DNA of 64,000 bases, from positions 754,647 to 818,646 of the forward strand of contig CAVVFH010000001.1 in NCBI GenBank assembly GCA_963747525.1. The letters are read 5' to 3'. The notes under the pieces are model-generated. The model worked only from the letters and a program-made list of their open reading frames with translations, was not told the origin of the DNA and searched no databases. A program made the position numbers and the translations under genes. This DNA comes from an uncultured Actinomycetota bacterium (lineage in GTDB: Bacteria; Actinomycetota; Actinomycetes; Propionibacteriales; Nocardioidaceae). Shown piece by piece: positions 23,064 through 32,439 of the stretch; within the stretch, counting starts at the first letter, position 1; the number at the start of each line of letters is the position of its first letter.

Positions 23064-23591
23064 CTAGCGGCGCAGCAGCGCCTTCGCCCGGCCCATGGCG
23101 TTGTGCGCGCCGAGCATGACCTTGAACGTCAGCTTCTCCTCTCCTGGCAGCAGCCCCAGCTGCTGCAGGTAGTCCAGACCGTCGAACACCATGGTGTGCT
23201 CGACGATCAGTCCGTCGCGGAAGCGGTAGAGGCAGACCCCGGTGGCCCGCACCGTCTTCCCCGTCGGCAGGTAGCCGGGCTCCAGCACTCCGCGCATCGT
23301 GGCGTGGTGCGTCCAGGTCACGATGACCCGGCTCGGGTCCTCCGCCGTGAACGCGACCTGGTCCTCGGCCGGGAAGTGGATGTCCGGGAAGGCTGCGAAG
23401 ATGCCCTCCAGGTCCCTGCGGACCGCGGCCGTGCCGTGCAGCGGCTCGGGCAGCCCGGGGTGGGCCCACCTCACGTCGTCGGCCAGGAAGGACAGGATGC
23501 CGTCGACGTCGTGCGCGTCCCACGCCGCCATGTAGGGCATGACGAACGAGGTCCGGTCCGCCGTCGACACCCGTCTGGCGGTGGTGGTCAT
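23064..23591 (-). CDS. SnoaL-like / NTF2-fold ester cyclase family protein
   Basis: AAWDAHDVD, AAFPDIHF, PTGKTV, FRDGLIVEH, YLQQLG; GAGGAGG RBS. Confidence 0.8.
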   Translation of the reverse strand: MTTTARRVSTADRTSFVMPYMAAWDAHDVDGILSFLADDVRWAHPGLPEPLHGTAAVRRDLEGIFAAFPDIHFPAEDQVAFTAEDPSRVIVTWTHHATMRGVLEPGYLPTGKTVRATGVCLYRFRDGLIVEHTMVFDGLDYLQQLGLLPGEEKLTFKVMLGAHNAMGRAKALLRR

Positions 23592-23715
23592 CAACGACCT
23601 CCTCGGCGCCCGGGCGACCGTCGCGTCTCGACGACTCGGGCCGCCACCCCTCCATCCTCGCGGCCCACACCGGCGCCACCAGAGGCCTTCGTCCCCGCGG
23701 AGACGCGGAGCCGGG

Positions 23716-24204
23716 TCAGGCGGGGGCTGCCCCGGCGTCGACCTGCTGGGCGAGGTACTGCTGCACACCGATCCGCGCGATCACGTCCAGCTGACTCTCG
23801 AACCAGTCGGCGTGCCGCTCCTCGTCACGCACCATGTCCTCGAAGACCGCCGCGGTGCCGTGGTCGCCGAGGTCGTGGCACTCCCGGGCGCCGGCGTTGA
23901 ACTGCGCGACCGCGGCCAGCTCGCTCTCGAGTGCGAGACGGAGCATCTCCTCCGGATGCTCGCCGACCTGGATGGCCCCGAGCCGCTGGAGATTCGGGTG
24001 CCCGTCGAACATGAGGATCCGGTTGATGAGCGCGTCCGCGTCGCGCATCTCGTCGATGGACAGGTCGTAGAACACCTTGCCGAGCTTCGGCAGGGCCCAG
24101 TTGTCGAGCATGCGCGCGTGCAGGAAGTAGGTGTTGGTGACCGTGAGCTCGAAGGTGAGGGCGTCGTTGAGGAGCTCGACGACGCGCGGGTCAGCTGGCT
24201 GCAA
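23716..24204 (-). CDS. bfr: Bacterioferritin
   Basis: LNDALTFELT, YFLHARM, SIDEMRDAD, DEERHADW; TTG start after AGGAGG. Confidence 0.9.
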   Translation of the reverse strand: MQPADPRVVELLNDALTFELTVTNTYFLHARMLDNWALPKLGKVFYDLSIDEMRDADALINRILMFDGHPNLQRLGAIQVGEHPEEMLRLALESELAAVAQFNAGARECHDLGDHGTAAVFEDMVRDEERHADWFESQLDVIARIGVQQYLAQQVDAGAAPA

Positions 24205-24397
24205 GGGTCGCCTCCTGGCGTGGCGGCAGCTCGCGGGCGACGTGCTCGCAGACGACCTTGCGCACCGAGAACACGCACGTGCCGCACTGCTGCGCCGCGC
24301 CGGTCCGACGGCAGACGTCGCCGAGCGTCCGGGCACCGGCGTCGAGGGCCTCGACGAGGTCGGTGTCGGAGACGACGTTGCAGTGACAGACGATCAC
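24191..24397 (-). CDS. bfd: Bacterioferritin-associated [2Fe-2S] ferredoxin
   Basis: IVCHC...CGTC, 68 aa, overlaps bfr. Confidence 0.9.
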   Translation of the reverse strand: MIVCHCNVVSDTDLVEALDAGARTLGDVCRRTGAAQQCGTCVFSVRKVVCEHVARELPPRQEATLAAS

Positions 24398-24402
24398 GAA
24401 AG

Positions 24403-24421
24403 TTAGGCTAGCCTCACCTAC
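24403..24421. promoter_or_regulatory. IdeR/DtxR iron box
   Basis: TTAGGCTAGCCTCACCTAC; the reverse complement matches TWAGGTWAGSCTWACCTWA at 16/19; 5 bp from the bfd start. Confidence 0.8.
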
Positions 24422-24464
24422 GCGGTCGCCGTCAAGGGGTCGAAGGCCCCGATCTCCGCGCGAG

Positions 24465-25520
24465 TCAGAAGTGCCGGCCCGTGACAGGCGCGAGGTCGGC
24501 GAGGGTGAGGATGCCGGGCTCGGCGGCGACGGCGTACGGGATGGCGTTGGTGGCCGGCATCGCGGTGTAGATCATGCCGGGGCCCATGAACCCCTCCTCG
24601 CCCCAGTCGCGCGGCGGCAGGCACTGCAGGACGGTGCGGAAGTTGGGTCGCCCGAAGACCTGGACGACGTGCCCGTGCGCGAGCGGCTTCGGGGGTACGA
24701 CGTGCGGGCCCATCGTCCAGTTGAAGCCGACCGAGACCAGGTTGCGGTCCCCGACCCAGCCGCGGTGGTAGCCGTACACCCCCGCCACGCTGCCTCGCGG
24801 GATCTCCAGGAAGCCGAGGTCGCACCCGTCGGTGGCGGGGGTGAACTCCACGTCGAACGTGATCCGGTCGAGGGCGACCCCCATCGCGTCGGCCATCACC
24901 GCCGCGGACTCCGCGAACACCTCGCTCGCTCGCCGTACCTCCTCGGCCAGTCCCGGCCGGTCCGGGTCCTGCCCGAAGCCCATCTCGGCCATGGTGCCGC
25001 CGGACTCGTACGACGAGCAGTCGACCGACTCGGTGATCCGGACCTCGTCGACGCGCTCACACCCCGCGGTGAGGACGATGCCGACGAGGTTGGTGATGCC
25101 GGGATGGGCGCCGGAGCCGTAGATCGTCGAGCCACCCTCCGCGCAGGCCTTCGCGATCCGCTCGAGGTCGGCCGGCGCCTGCCGCTGCCCGTTGATCCAG
25201 GTGCAGGTGGTGACCACGTCGACGCCGGCGCGCAGCAGCGCTTCGAGGTGGTCCAGGTCCGGCCAGATCGGGTTGTAGGCGCAGGCGTCCGGCGCGAGGC
25301 CGATGAGCTCCTCGATGTCGTCGGTCGCCCGGACGCCCGTCGGCTCCGGCCGGCCGCAGAGCTCGGCGGCGTCCTTGCCGACCTTCTCGGCGCCGTGGGC
25401 GTAGACGCCGACGAGCTCGAGGTCGGGGCGCGCGAGGATCGCGTGCAGCGAGCGGCTGCCGATGTTGCCGGTCGTCCACTGGACGACCCGGAGCGGACGA
25501 TCGAAGCGGGGAACGGGCAT
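24465..25520 (-). CDS. Dihydrodipicolinate reductase-like NAD(P)-dependent oxidoreductase
   Basis: RVVQWTTGNIG, GKDAAELCG, GSGAHPG, TAMPATNAIPYAVAAEPGI. Confidence 0.8.
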   Translation of the reverse strand: MPVPRFDRPLRVVQWTTGNIGSRSLHAILARPDLELVGVYAHGAEKVGKDAAELCGRPEPTGVRATDDIEELIGLAPDACAYNPIWPDLDHLEALLRAGVDVVTTCTWINGQRQAPADLERIAKACAEGGSTIYGSGAHPGITNLVGIVLTAGCERVDEVRITESVDCSSYESGGTMAEMGFGQDPDRPGLAEEVRRASEVFAESAAVMADAMGVALDRITFDVEFTPATDGCDLGFLEIPRGSVAGVYGYHRGWVGDRNLVSVGFNWTMGPHVVPPKPLAHGHVVQVFGRPNFRTVLQCLPPRDWGEEGFMGPGMIYTAMPATNAIPYAVAAEPGILTLADLAPVTGRHF

Positions 25521-25604
25521 GCCAGCGAGGGTAGAACGCGTTCTAGTTCTCGGCAATCCACAGCACACCGCCCACCTTGACGGCCCGATCTGCCTGACCT
25601 GTAC

Positions 25605-25620
25605 TCGAACACACGTTCGA
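25605..25620. promoter_or_regulatory. LexA (SOS) box
   Basis: Perfect actinobacterial TCGAAC-N4-GTTCGA (TCGAACACACGTTCGA), 4 bp before the DUF222 gene start. Confidence 0.85.
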
Positions 25621-25624
25621 GCGA

Positions 25625-26944
25625 GTGCCGGCCGTCGGAGACGATGCCGTCGCCTGTGCCGACGCGCTCGTGGGCCTGATCGACGCCGAGCGGCGGGTGG
25701 TGGCTCAGCGGTTCGCCCAGGTCGCTGCGTGGGCCGATCTCCGCGGTCCGGGCTTCGAGCTCCCCGGGGACCAGCCGGACGCGGCCGCGCTGGCGGCGCG
25801 TCGCGAGCCGGGCTACGTCGGGGGCGAGGGGACGCCACCGGTGTCCACGGCGGGCACGGTCGAGCTGGGCGTGCTCCTGCAGACAAGCACCTACTCGGCA
25901 CAGCGCCTGCTCGGCGACGTGCTGGACCTGCGGCACCGGTTGTCCGAGCACTGGGAGGCCGTGCTCACCGGCCGGCTGGACGGGTGGAAGGCGCGCGAGG
26001 TCGCCCGGCTGACCCGGCCGCTGGCTACGACGGGGCGAGAGCCGTGGACGCGCAGGTCATCGACGCGGTCCTGGGGCTGCCGTGGGGCCGGGCGAAGAGC
26101 GCGGTCGAGGCCAAGGTGATCGCCGCCGGCCTGCGCACCCTGGTCGCCCGCGGCTCCGCCGGCGACATCGCTCGGCTGGAGGCGATGGTCGCCCACCTCG
26201 CCGAGAGGCTCGCCGGCGCGGGTGACGCCGACCCCGCCGACACCCGCCGCGCCAAGGCCCTGGCGATGCTGGCCAACCCCGCCCTCACGTGTGTCTTCCT
26301 CGCCCAGCACGAAGCAAGCACACCAGCAACCACCGACAGTGAGCCCGAGCCCGAGAAGGCGTCGACTCCGTCAGCGGTCGAGCTCGCCGTCGCGTTCGGC
26401 CGGGTCCTGAAGACCCTCGGAAGCAAGGCGTTGGACCGGCTCCGCGCCCGTTCAGTGCTCTACCTCCACGTCAGCGAGGAGGCCGTCCGCGGGTTGCCCG
26501 GCACGGGCGTGGCCCGCGTCGACGACCCGGTCGCCGGCGGACCGATCGGCATCCCGCAGCTCAAGGAGTTGGTTGGCCCACGACCGGGTGACCGTCAAGC
26601 CGGTGCTGGACCACAGCGTTCCCTACATCCCGATGGACCAGGGCGGACCACCGGGCCAGACCGGGTTGCACAACCTCGGCCCGCTGGGCCGCCGACATCA
26701 CCGCGTCAAGACGTTCGACGGGTTCACCGTGCACCAGGTCGCGGTCGGGACCTACTTCTGGCGCACGCCGACAGGCCACTGGTGCCGCGTGGACCACCGG
26801 GGCACCCAGGCACTGGGGCGACTCGAGGAGCCGCCGGATGCCGTCACCACCGCCGCCCATCTCGACCAACGGCTGCCCCGCACGAGCATGAGCCGGCTCG
26901 AGCAACGGTTCCGCGACCAGGTGCTGCGCCACCTGGCTGCCTGA
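25625..26944 (+). pseudogene. DUF222/HNH (13E12-repeat-like) endonuclease gene, frameshifted and internally deleted
   Basis: GGEGTPPV, DVLDLRHRL, RRAKALAML, VLYLHVS and HNH end NLGPLGRRHHRVKT lie in separate frames (shifts near 26025 and 26572). Confidence 0.75.
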
Positions 26945-26981
26945 TTTCGGTACGAGGCAGCGACTCGCTAGCGTCGCCGTC

Positions 26982-27425
26982 GTGACAGACCAGCGCGACT
27001 CGACTGACCAGTGCGTGTTCTGCGGCATCGTGGCCGGGACGATCCCCTGCGCGAAGGTGGCCGAGGATGCGGAGACGTTCGCCTTCATGGACATCAACCC
27101 GGGGTCGGACGGGCACCTGCTGGTCATCCCCAAGCGGCACAGCGCCGACCTGGTGGAGATCGCCGCCGACGACCTGACTGCCACCACCCTGGCTGCCCAG
27201 CGGATCGCCAAGGTGGCACTCTCCGAGCTCGGCGCCGACGGCGTCAACATCCTCAACTCCTGCGGTACCGCAGCCTGGCAGACCGTCTTCCACTTCCACC
27301 TGCACGTGATCCCGCGTTATCGCGACAAGAGCAAGGACCGGCTGGAGCTGCCGTTCGAGCCCGGCAGACCGGCTGATGCCGATGCCCTCGCCGAACGCGC
27401 CAAGGTGCTCGCCGCAGCGCTCTGA
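26982..27425 (+). CDS. HIT family nucleotide hydrolase
   Basis: CVFC, GHLLVIPKRH, QTVFHFHLHVIPR histidine triad. Confidence 0.9.
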   Translation: MTDQRDSTDQCVFCGIVAGTIPCAKVAEDAETFAFMDINPGSDGHLLVIPKRHSADLVEIAADDLTATTLAAQRIAKVALSELGADGVNILNSCGTAAWQTVFHFHLHVIPRYRDKSKDRLELPFEPGRPADADALAERAKVLAAAL

Positions 27426-27624
27426 CGGGGAGCAACTCGGTCACCAGCAGGCGTCCACAGGCCTCGGCGACGTCGGTCCCGCGCACCTCGCTGCTCAGGA
27501 CGCTGAACCTCCCGGCGTCCGTCACCTCCCGCCACTCGGGGACCGCATCGCGTCCTGCGGAGTAGAACGTGCGCACGCAGCCGTCGTCGGTCCGCACGGA
27601 CAGGGACGGCGCCGATCAGGCCGA

Positions 27625-28512
27625 TCAGAGCGCGGACAGGAAACCGAGGACTCGATCGGCGACGACGTCCGGCTGCTCGAGATGCAGGAAGTGCCCGGCG
27701 TCCGGCACGACGTACGCCGCGCTGCCCTCCGGGAGGCGCTCGCCGACGCCCGCGGCGAGGGCCGGCGCGAGACAGCCGTCGTCGGCACCGTGGAGGTAGA
27801 GGGTCGGCACCACCGGGGTCGCCCGCCAGGTCGCGTGCCAGCGGCGATGGGCGGGGGGCGGCGGCGGCAGCGGCCGCGCCATGGCTCGGTAGTAGCCGAG
27901 GACCTCGGACTCGCGGCCCCGGATCGCGTCGAGGGCGAAGGCGACGTCCTCGCGCGCGTCGTACCCGGGTGACCAGTCCCGCCAGAGCTTGGGCACGAGC
28001 CGGTCGAGCGCCCGCTCCGGCAGCCAGGGGAGCTGCGCGAAGCCGATGTACCAGCTGCGCCGCAGCTGGCCGAGCAGCAGCCGCGGGTCTCTCGGCGGCG
28101 CGATCGAGTCGAGCGGCGGGACCGCCATGCTCACCACCGCCGCGAAGGGGGAGTCGGCATGGGCGCCGAGCGCGTTGGCGGTGAGGGCACCCCAGTCGTG
28201 CCCGACGAGCACCGCGTCCGGCCCGCCGTGCAGGGCGGTGCGCACCGCCACGGCATCGGCCATCAGCGCCCCGATGTGGAAGCTGCCGTCGGCCGGGACC
28301 GACGAAGGCGCGTAGCCGCGCGTCCACGGGGCGACGACCCGCCAGCCCTGCCCGGCCAGCACCGGCGCCAGCTTGCGCCAGGTCCGGGCGGAGTCGGGGA
28401 ACCCGTGCAGCAGCACCGCCAGCGGACCCGTGTCCGGACCCCACGACAGCGCGGCGAGGTCACCCCCGCCACCGGGAACGCGGATGCGCTGCGGTTCGGG
28501 CGCGCGGCTCAC
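27625..28512 (-). CDS. Alpha/beta hydrolase (epoxide hydrolase-like)
   Basis: LLHGFPD, GHDWGA, HGADDGC, AGHFLHLE. Confidence 0.85.
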   Translation of the reverse strand: MSRAPEPQRIRVPGGGGDLAALSWGPDTGPLAVLLHGFPDSARTWRKLAPVLAGQGWRVVAPWTRGYAPSSVPADGSFHIGALMADAVAVRTALHGGPDAVLVGHDWGALTANALGAHADSPFAAVVSMAVPPLDSIAPPRDPRLLLGQLRRSWYIGFAQLPWLPERALDRLVPKLWRDWSPGYDAREDVAFALDAIRGRESEVLGYYRAMARPLPPPPPAHRRWHATWRATPVVPTLYLHGADDGCLAPALAAGVGERLPEGSAAYVVPDAGHFLHLEQPDVVADRVLGFLSAL

Positions 28513-29468
28513 AGGGCAGGCGCGGAGGCCGCGGAGGCTCCCTCGGGCGCGACCGCCGCCGGACGCCACCCGGGAGGCCCGAACACGTAGCCGAGCTTCT
28601 GCCGCAGCGTCGGCGCGGTCCGCACGTCGCGCGCGATCGCGGCGTACTCGTGGGTCTGCAGCCGCCACAGGTTGTGGGTGCCGACCGGCGTGGTCAGGCC
28701 GTACGTCGGACGCTGCTTCTCGGCCTGGAACGACCCGAAGAGCCGGTCCCAGACGATGAGGATGCCGGCGTAGTTGCGGTCGAGGTACTCCGGGTCGCTG
28801 CCGTGGTGCACCCGGTGGTGCGAGGGGGTGTTGAAGACCAGCTCGACCGGACGCCACAGGGTGCCGACGCGCTCGGTGTGCACGAAGAACTGGTAGACGA
28901 GGCTGACGGAGAACGCCAGGAACACCAGGGCCGGCGGCACGCCGAGCAGCGGCAGCGGGGCCCAGAAGACCAGCTCGTGGGAGTTGTTCCACTTCTGCCG
29001 CAGCGCGGTGGCGAAGTTGAAGTACTCGCTGGAGTGGTGGGCCTGGTGGGTGGCCCACACCAGCCGCACGCGGTGGGCGGTGCGGTGCGTCCAGTAGAAG
29101 AGGAAGTCGAGGCCCACGAGCGCCACCGCCCACGTCCAGCCGCTGTCGACGGGCAGCTGCCACGGCGCCAGGTAGGCGAAGATCGCCGCGTAGGCGAAGA
29201 GCCCGAGCAGCTTCCACAGCGACATCGTCACCACCGACACCGCACCGGCCGCGATGCTGGCCAGCGCGTCCTGCCGGTCGTAGCCACCAGGGAGCGACAG
29301 TGCCCGGCCGTCCGGCGCCCGGCGCTCCGACTCGGGCCGGTCGTCCTCGAGCAACGCGGCCGCGAGGCCCTCGATGGCGATGAAGACCAGGAAGAACGGC
29401 GCGGCGAGGGCGACGGGGTCGCGCAGCGCCTCGGGGAGCGCCTGCCAGAAATCAGCCACAGCCTGCAC
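28509..29468 (-). CDS. Sterol desaturase / fatty acid hydroxylase family membrane diiron enzyme
   Basis: His boxes HRTAH, HQAHH, HHRVHH; NYAGILIVWDRLFGSF. Confidence 0.85.
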   Translation of the reverse strand: MQAVADFWQALPEALRDPVALAAPFFLVFIAIEGLAAALLEDDRPESERRAPDGRALSLPGGYDRQDALASIAAGAVSVVTMSLWKLLGLFAYAAIFAYLAPWQLPVDSGWTWAVALVGLDFLFYWTHRTAHRVRLVWATHQAHHSSEYFNFATALRQKWNNSHELVFWAPLPLLGVPPALVFLAFSVSLVYQFFVHTERVGTLWRPVELVFNTPSHHRVHHGSDPEYLDRNYAGILIVWDRLFGSFQAEKQRPTYGLTTPVGTHNLWRLQTHEYAAIARDVRTAPTLRQKLGYVFGPPGWRPAAVAPEGASAASAPAL

Positions 29469-29495
29469 GGAACCTCCCGGGGTGAGTGCCGCCGA

Positions 29496-30818
29496 TCATA
29501 GGCGACCGAGCGAGGCGGGAAGCCGCTCGTAGCCGCGCAGGATGCGGGTCGGGCGCCGTCGGGCCCCCGGGAGCAGCGCCAGGTCGGGGAAGCGCTCGAA
29601 GAGCATCCGCAGTCCCACCTCGCCCTCCATCCGCGCCAGCGCTGCCCCGAGGCAGTAGTGCCGGCCGGCGGAGAACGCGACATGGTCGGCCGCGTTCGGG
29701 CGGGTGACGTCGAACCGCTGCGGGTCCTCGAACACGTCGGGGTCCAGGTTGGCCCCGGCCAGGATCGTGGTCACCACCGCACCTCCGGGCACCGGCACGC
29801 CGGCGACCGTGGTGTCGCGTACGGCGCTGCGGCCGGTCAGCAGGACCGGCGGGTCGAGCCGCAGTGTCTCGTCGACGGCGCCGGGCCACAGCTCGGGTCG
29901 CTCGCGCAGGGTGTCGCGCTGGTCGCGGTGGGCGTCGAGCAGGGCGATCCCGTTGCCGAGCAGGTTGACGGTCGTCTCGAAGCCGGCGGCGAGCACGAGC
30001 CCGGCGGTGGACTTGAGCTCGGCGTCGCTCAGCCCGCGACCGTCCTCACCCCGGGCGGTGACCAACCTGCTCAGCAGGTCGTCGCCCGGCTCCCGGCTGA
30101 CCCTCTCGATGTGCCGCTCCAGCCAGCCGTCGAAGCCCCGCAGCGCCTTCTCCACCCGGCGGAACTCGCGCCAGGACAGTCCCAGGTCCAGGCTCGGCGC
30201 TGCGGCACCGCCGTACTCGAGGACCGCCTGGCGCTCTTCCTGGGGCACCCCGAGGATCTCGGCGATCACGGTGACGGGAAGCAGGCTGCAGTAGCGGCCC
30301 ACCAGGTCGACGGGGTCCTCCCCCGCCAGCTCGGAGAGCAGCTGGTCGGCGATCTCCTCGGTGCGCGACCGCAGCTCGCCCACCGCCCGCACGGTGAAGA
30401 CCCGGTTGACGAGCTTGCGGTAGCGGGTGTGGTCGGGCGGCTCGGTGACCAGCAGCGACGGCGGTCGCAGCGGCCCCAGCGGCGCGGTCTCGTCGCCCCA
30501 CCTGCTCAGTCGCGCCAGCGCACCGTCACCGGAGACCTCGAAGCCGGCCCGGAAGTCGTTGCTGCTCAGCACCTCCTTGACCACCGGGTGGGAGACCGTG
30601 GCGAAGGCGTACTTGCTGCGCTGCAGCGGCCCGTGGGCGCGCAACTCGTCGATGGCCGCGACCAGGGCTCCGCGGTCGTCGCCGCTCGAGGCGATGAACA
30701 GGCGGCCGTGCAGGTCGCCACGCCGGCCCGCGGAGCGGATGACGCCCTGGGGCAGGGCGTGTCCCAGTCCCCAGCGGACCGCGGGCCGGAGGCCTTCCCT
30801 CGCTGTGTTGCCGCGCAT
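29496..30818 (-). CDS. Cytochrome P450
   Basis: AGFETT I-helix, ETLR, heme motif FSAGRHYCLG. Confidence 0.9.
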   Translation of the reverse strand: MRGNTAREGLRPAVRWGLGHALPQGVIRSAGRRGDLHGRLFIASSGDDRGALVAAIDELRAHGPLQRSKYAFATVSHPVVKEVLSSNDFRAGFEVSGDGALARLSRWGDETAPLGPLRPPSLLVTEPPDHTRYRKLVNRVFTVRAVGELRSRTEEIADQLLSELAGEDPVDLVGRYCSLLPVTVIAEILGVPQEERQAVLEYGGAAAPSLDLGLSWREFRRVEKALRGFDGWLERHIERVSREPGDDLLSRLVTARGEDGRGLSDAELKSTAGLVLAAGFETTVNLLGNGIALLDAHRDQRDTLRERPELWPGAVDETLRLDPPVLLTGRSAVRDTTVAGVPVPGGAVVTTILAGANLDPDVFEDPQRFDVTRPNAADHVAFSAGRHYCLGAALARMEGEVGLRMLFERFPDLALLPGARRRPTRILRGYERLPASLGRL

Positions 30819-30826
30819 GCTGCTCC

Positions 30827-31795
30827 TCACATCCCCGTCGGCAGCCGGGAGGTGTACGAGCGTTCGAGGACCTCGACCTGCTCGTCGGTGAGCGCCAGGT
30901 CGAGCGCCGCCACGGCGTCGGCGAGGTGGTGCGGCTTGGTGGCCCCCACGATCGGCGCGTCCACGACGGGGTTGCGCAGCACCCAGGCCAGCGCGACCTG
31001 CGCCATCGGAACACCCTGGCCGCGGGCGACCTCCTCGACGGCTTCGACGATCGCGTGGTCGCTGTCCTGGTACAGCACCTTGCCGAACGCGTCGGTGTCG
31101 GAGCGCTGTGTCTGCTCGCCCCACGGCCGGGCCAGGCGCCCACGAGCCAACGGGCTCCACGGGACCGACCCGACCTGCTGGTGCGCCAGCAGCGGGAACA
31201 TCTCCCGCTCCTCCTCGCGCATGAGCAGGCTGTACTGGTCCTGCATCGACACGAACCGCGTCCACCCGTGGAGGTCCGCGGCGTGCTGCATCGCCGCGAA
31301 CTGCCACGCCCACATCGACGAGGCCCCGAGGTAGCGTGCCTTGCCGGCCTTCACCACGTCGTGGAGAGCCTCCATGGTCTCCTCGACCGGCGTGTGCGGG
31401 TCGAACCGGTGGATCTGGTAGAGGTCGACGTAGTCGGTGCCGAGCCTGGTCAGCGACGCGTCGATGTTCTCCATGATCGCCTTGCGGGACAGGCCGGAGC
31501 CGCCCGGACCGTCGTGCATCCTGCCGTGCACCTTGGTGGCCAGCACGACGTCCTCGCGGCGCGTGTAGCGCTCGATCGCGCGGCCGACGAACTCCTCCGA
31601 CGACCCGCCGCTGTAGACGTTGGCGGTGTCCCAGAACGTGATGCCGCGCTCGACCGCCTGACGGAAGAACGGCTGTGCCGTCTCTTCATCGAGGGCCCAC
31701 GGGTGGCCGCCCCGCGAGGCGTCGCCGTAGCTCATGCAACCGAGCGCCACCCGGCTGACGGTGAGTCCGGACGGGCCGAGCCTGGTGTACTCCAT
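30827..31795 (-). CDS. Aldo/keto reductase
   Basis: LGCMSYG, WDTANVYSGG, LATKV, DLYQIHRFD, PWSPLARG. Confidence 0.9.
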   Translation of the reverse strand: MEYTRLGPSGLTVSRVALGCMSYGDASRGGHPWALDEETAQPFFRQAVERGITFWDTANVYSGGSSEEFVGRAIERYTRREDVVLATKVHGRMHDGPGGSGLSRKAIMENIDASLTRLGTDYVDLYQIHRFDPHTPVEETMEALHDVVKAGKARYLGASSMWAWQFAAMQHAADLHGWTRFVSMQDQYSLLMREEEREMFPLLAHQQVGSVPWSPLARGRLARPWGEQTQRSDTDAFGKVLYQDSDHAIVEAVEEVARGQGVPMAQVALAWVLRNPVVDAPIVGATKPHHLADAVAALDLALTDEQVEVLERSYTSRLPTGM

Positions 31796-31809
31796 GCGAC
31801 GATCGAACC

Positions 31810-32436
31810 ATGGTGGAGGAAGCCCTGGGACAGTCGCCTGCCCGACGCGGCCGCCCGGGGTACGACCAGGAGACCGTGCTCCGGCGGGCGATCCAGCTGT
31901 TCATCGCCCAGGGGTACGACGCCACCAGCATGCACGACCTGGCCCGCGAGCTCGGCCTGACCAAGTCGGCGATCTACCACCACGTCCCCGGCAAGGAGGC
32001 GCTGCTGGCCGCCGCCCTCGACGAGGCGCTGGACGAGCTGTCCTCGGCCATCAGGGCGCCATGGGCGAGGCGTCCGGCACCGCCGAGCACCGGCTCCGTC
32101 GCGCCGTCGAGGCGCGGTCCTCGTGCTCGCCGAGCACCAGCCCGCGGTCACGCTGCTGCTCCGGGTGCGCGGCAACAGCGACGGTCGAGGTGGCGGCCCT
32201 GGAGCGCCGCCGCGGCGCTCGACGAGCAGCTGGCCTCGCTCGTCCGCGCCGCCGTCGAGGAGGGCAGCGTCCGCGGGGACATCGCGCCGGAGGTGATCAG
32301 CCGGCTGCTGTTCGGCATGGTGAACTCGCTCGTGGAGTGGTACCACCCCGACGGCCCGGTGCACGCCGACGACCTCGCCCGGTCGGTGGCCGGTCTCGCG
32401 TTCGACGGGCTGCTCCGCCGCGGCTCAGCCCGCTGA
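31810..32436 (+). CDS. paaR: TetR-family regulator PaaR, with internal compensating frameshifts at about 32055-32205
   Basis: HTH GYDATSMHDLARELGLTKSAIYHHV; C-terminal RLLFGMVNSLVEWY; the middle reads out of frame; adjacent to paa genes. Confidence 0.75.
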   Translation: MVEEALGQSPARRGRPGYDQETVLRRAIQLFIAQGYDATSMHDLARELGLTKSAIYHHVPGKEALLAAALDEALDELSSAIRAPWARRPAPPSTGSVAPSRRGPRARRAPARGHAAAPGARQQRRSRWRPWSAAAALDEQLASLVRAAVEEGSVRGDIAPEVISRLLFGMVNSLVEWYHPDGPVHADDLARSVAGLAFDGLLRRGSAR

Positions 32437-32439
32437 GCC

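Noticed and set aside
20700-23900. 1066-aa plus-strand ORF and similar long shadow ORFs throughout the window
   Set aside because: Antisense to real genes; long stop-free shadow frames are expected at this GC content, and the translations are Arg/Gly/Pro-rich without motifs.
25532-25545. Palindrome TAGAACGCGTTCTA as a second SOS box
   Set aside because: The spacer is 2 nt rather than 4; it does not fit the LexA geometry.
27426-27620. Short minus-strand ORF (MRTDDGCVRTFYS...) between HIT and the hydrolase
   Set aside because: Runs into the antisense of the HIT gene and has no recognisable motif; at most a remnant.
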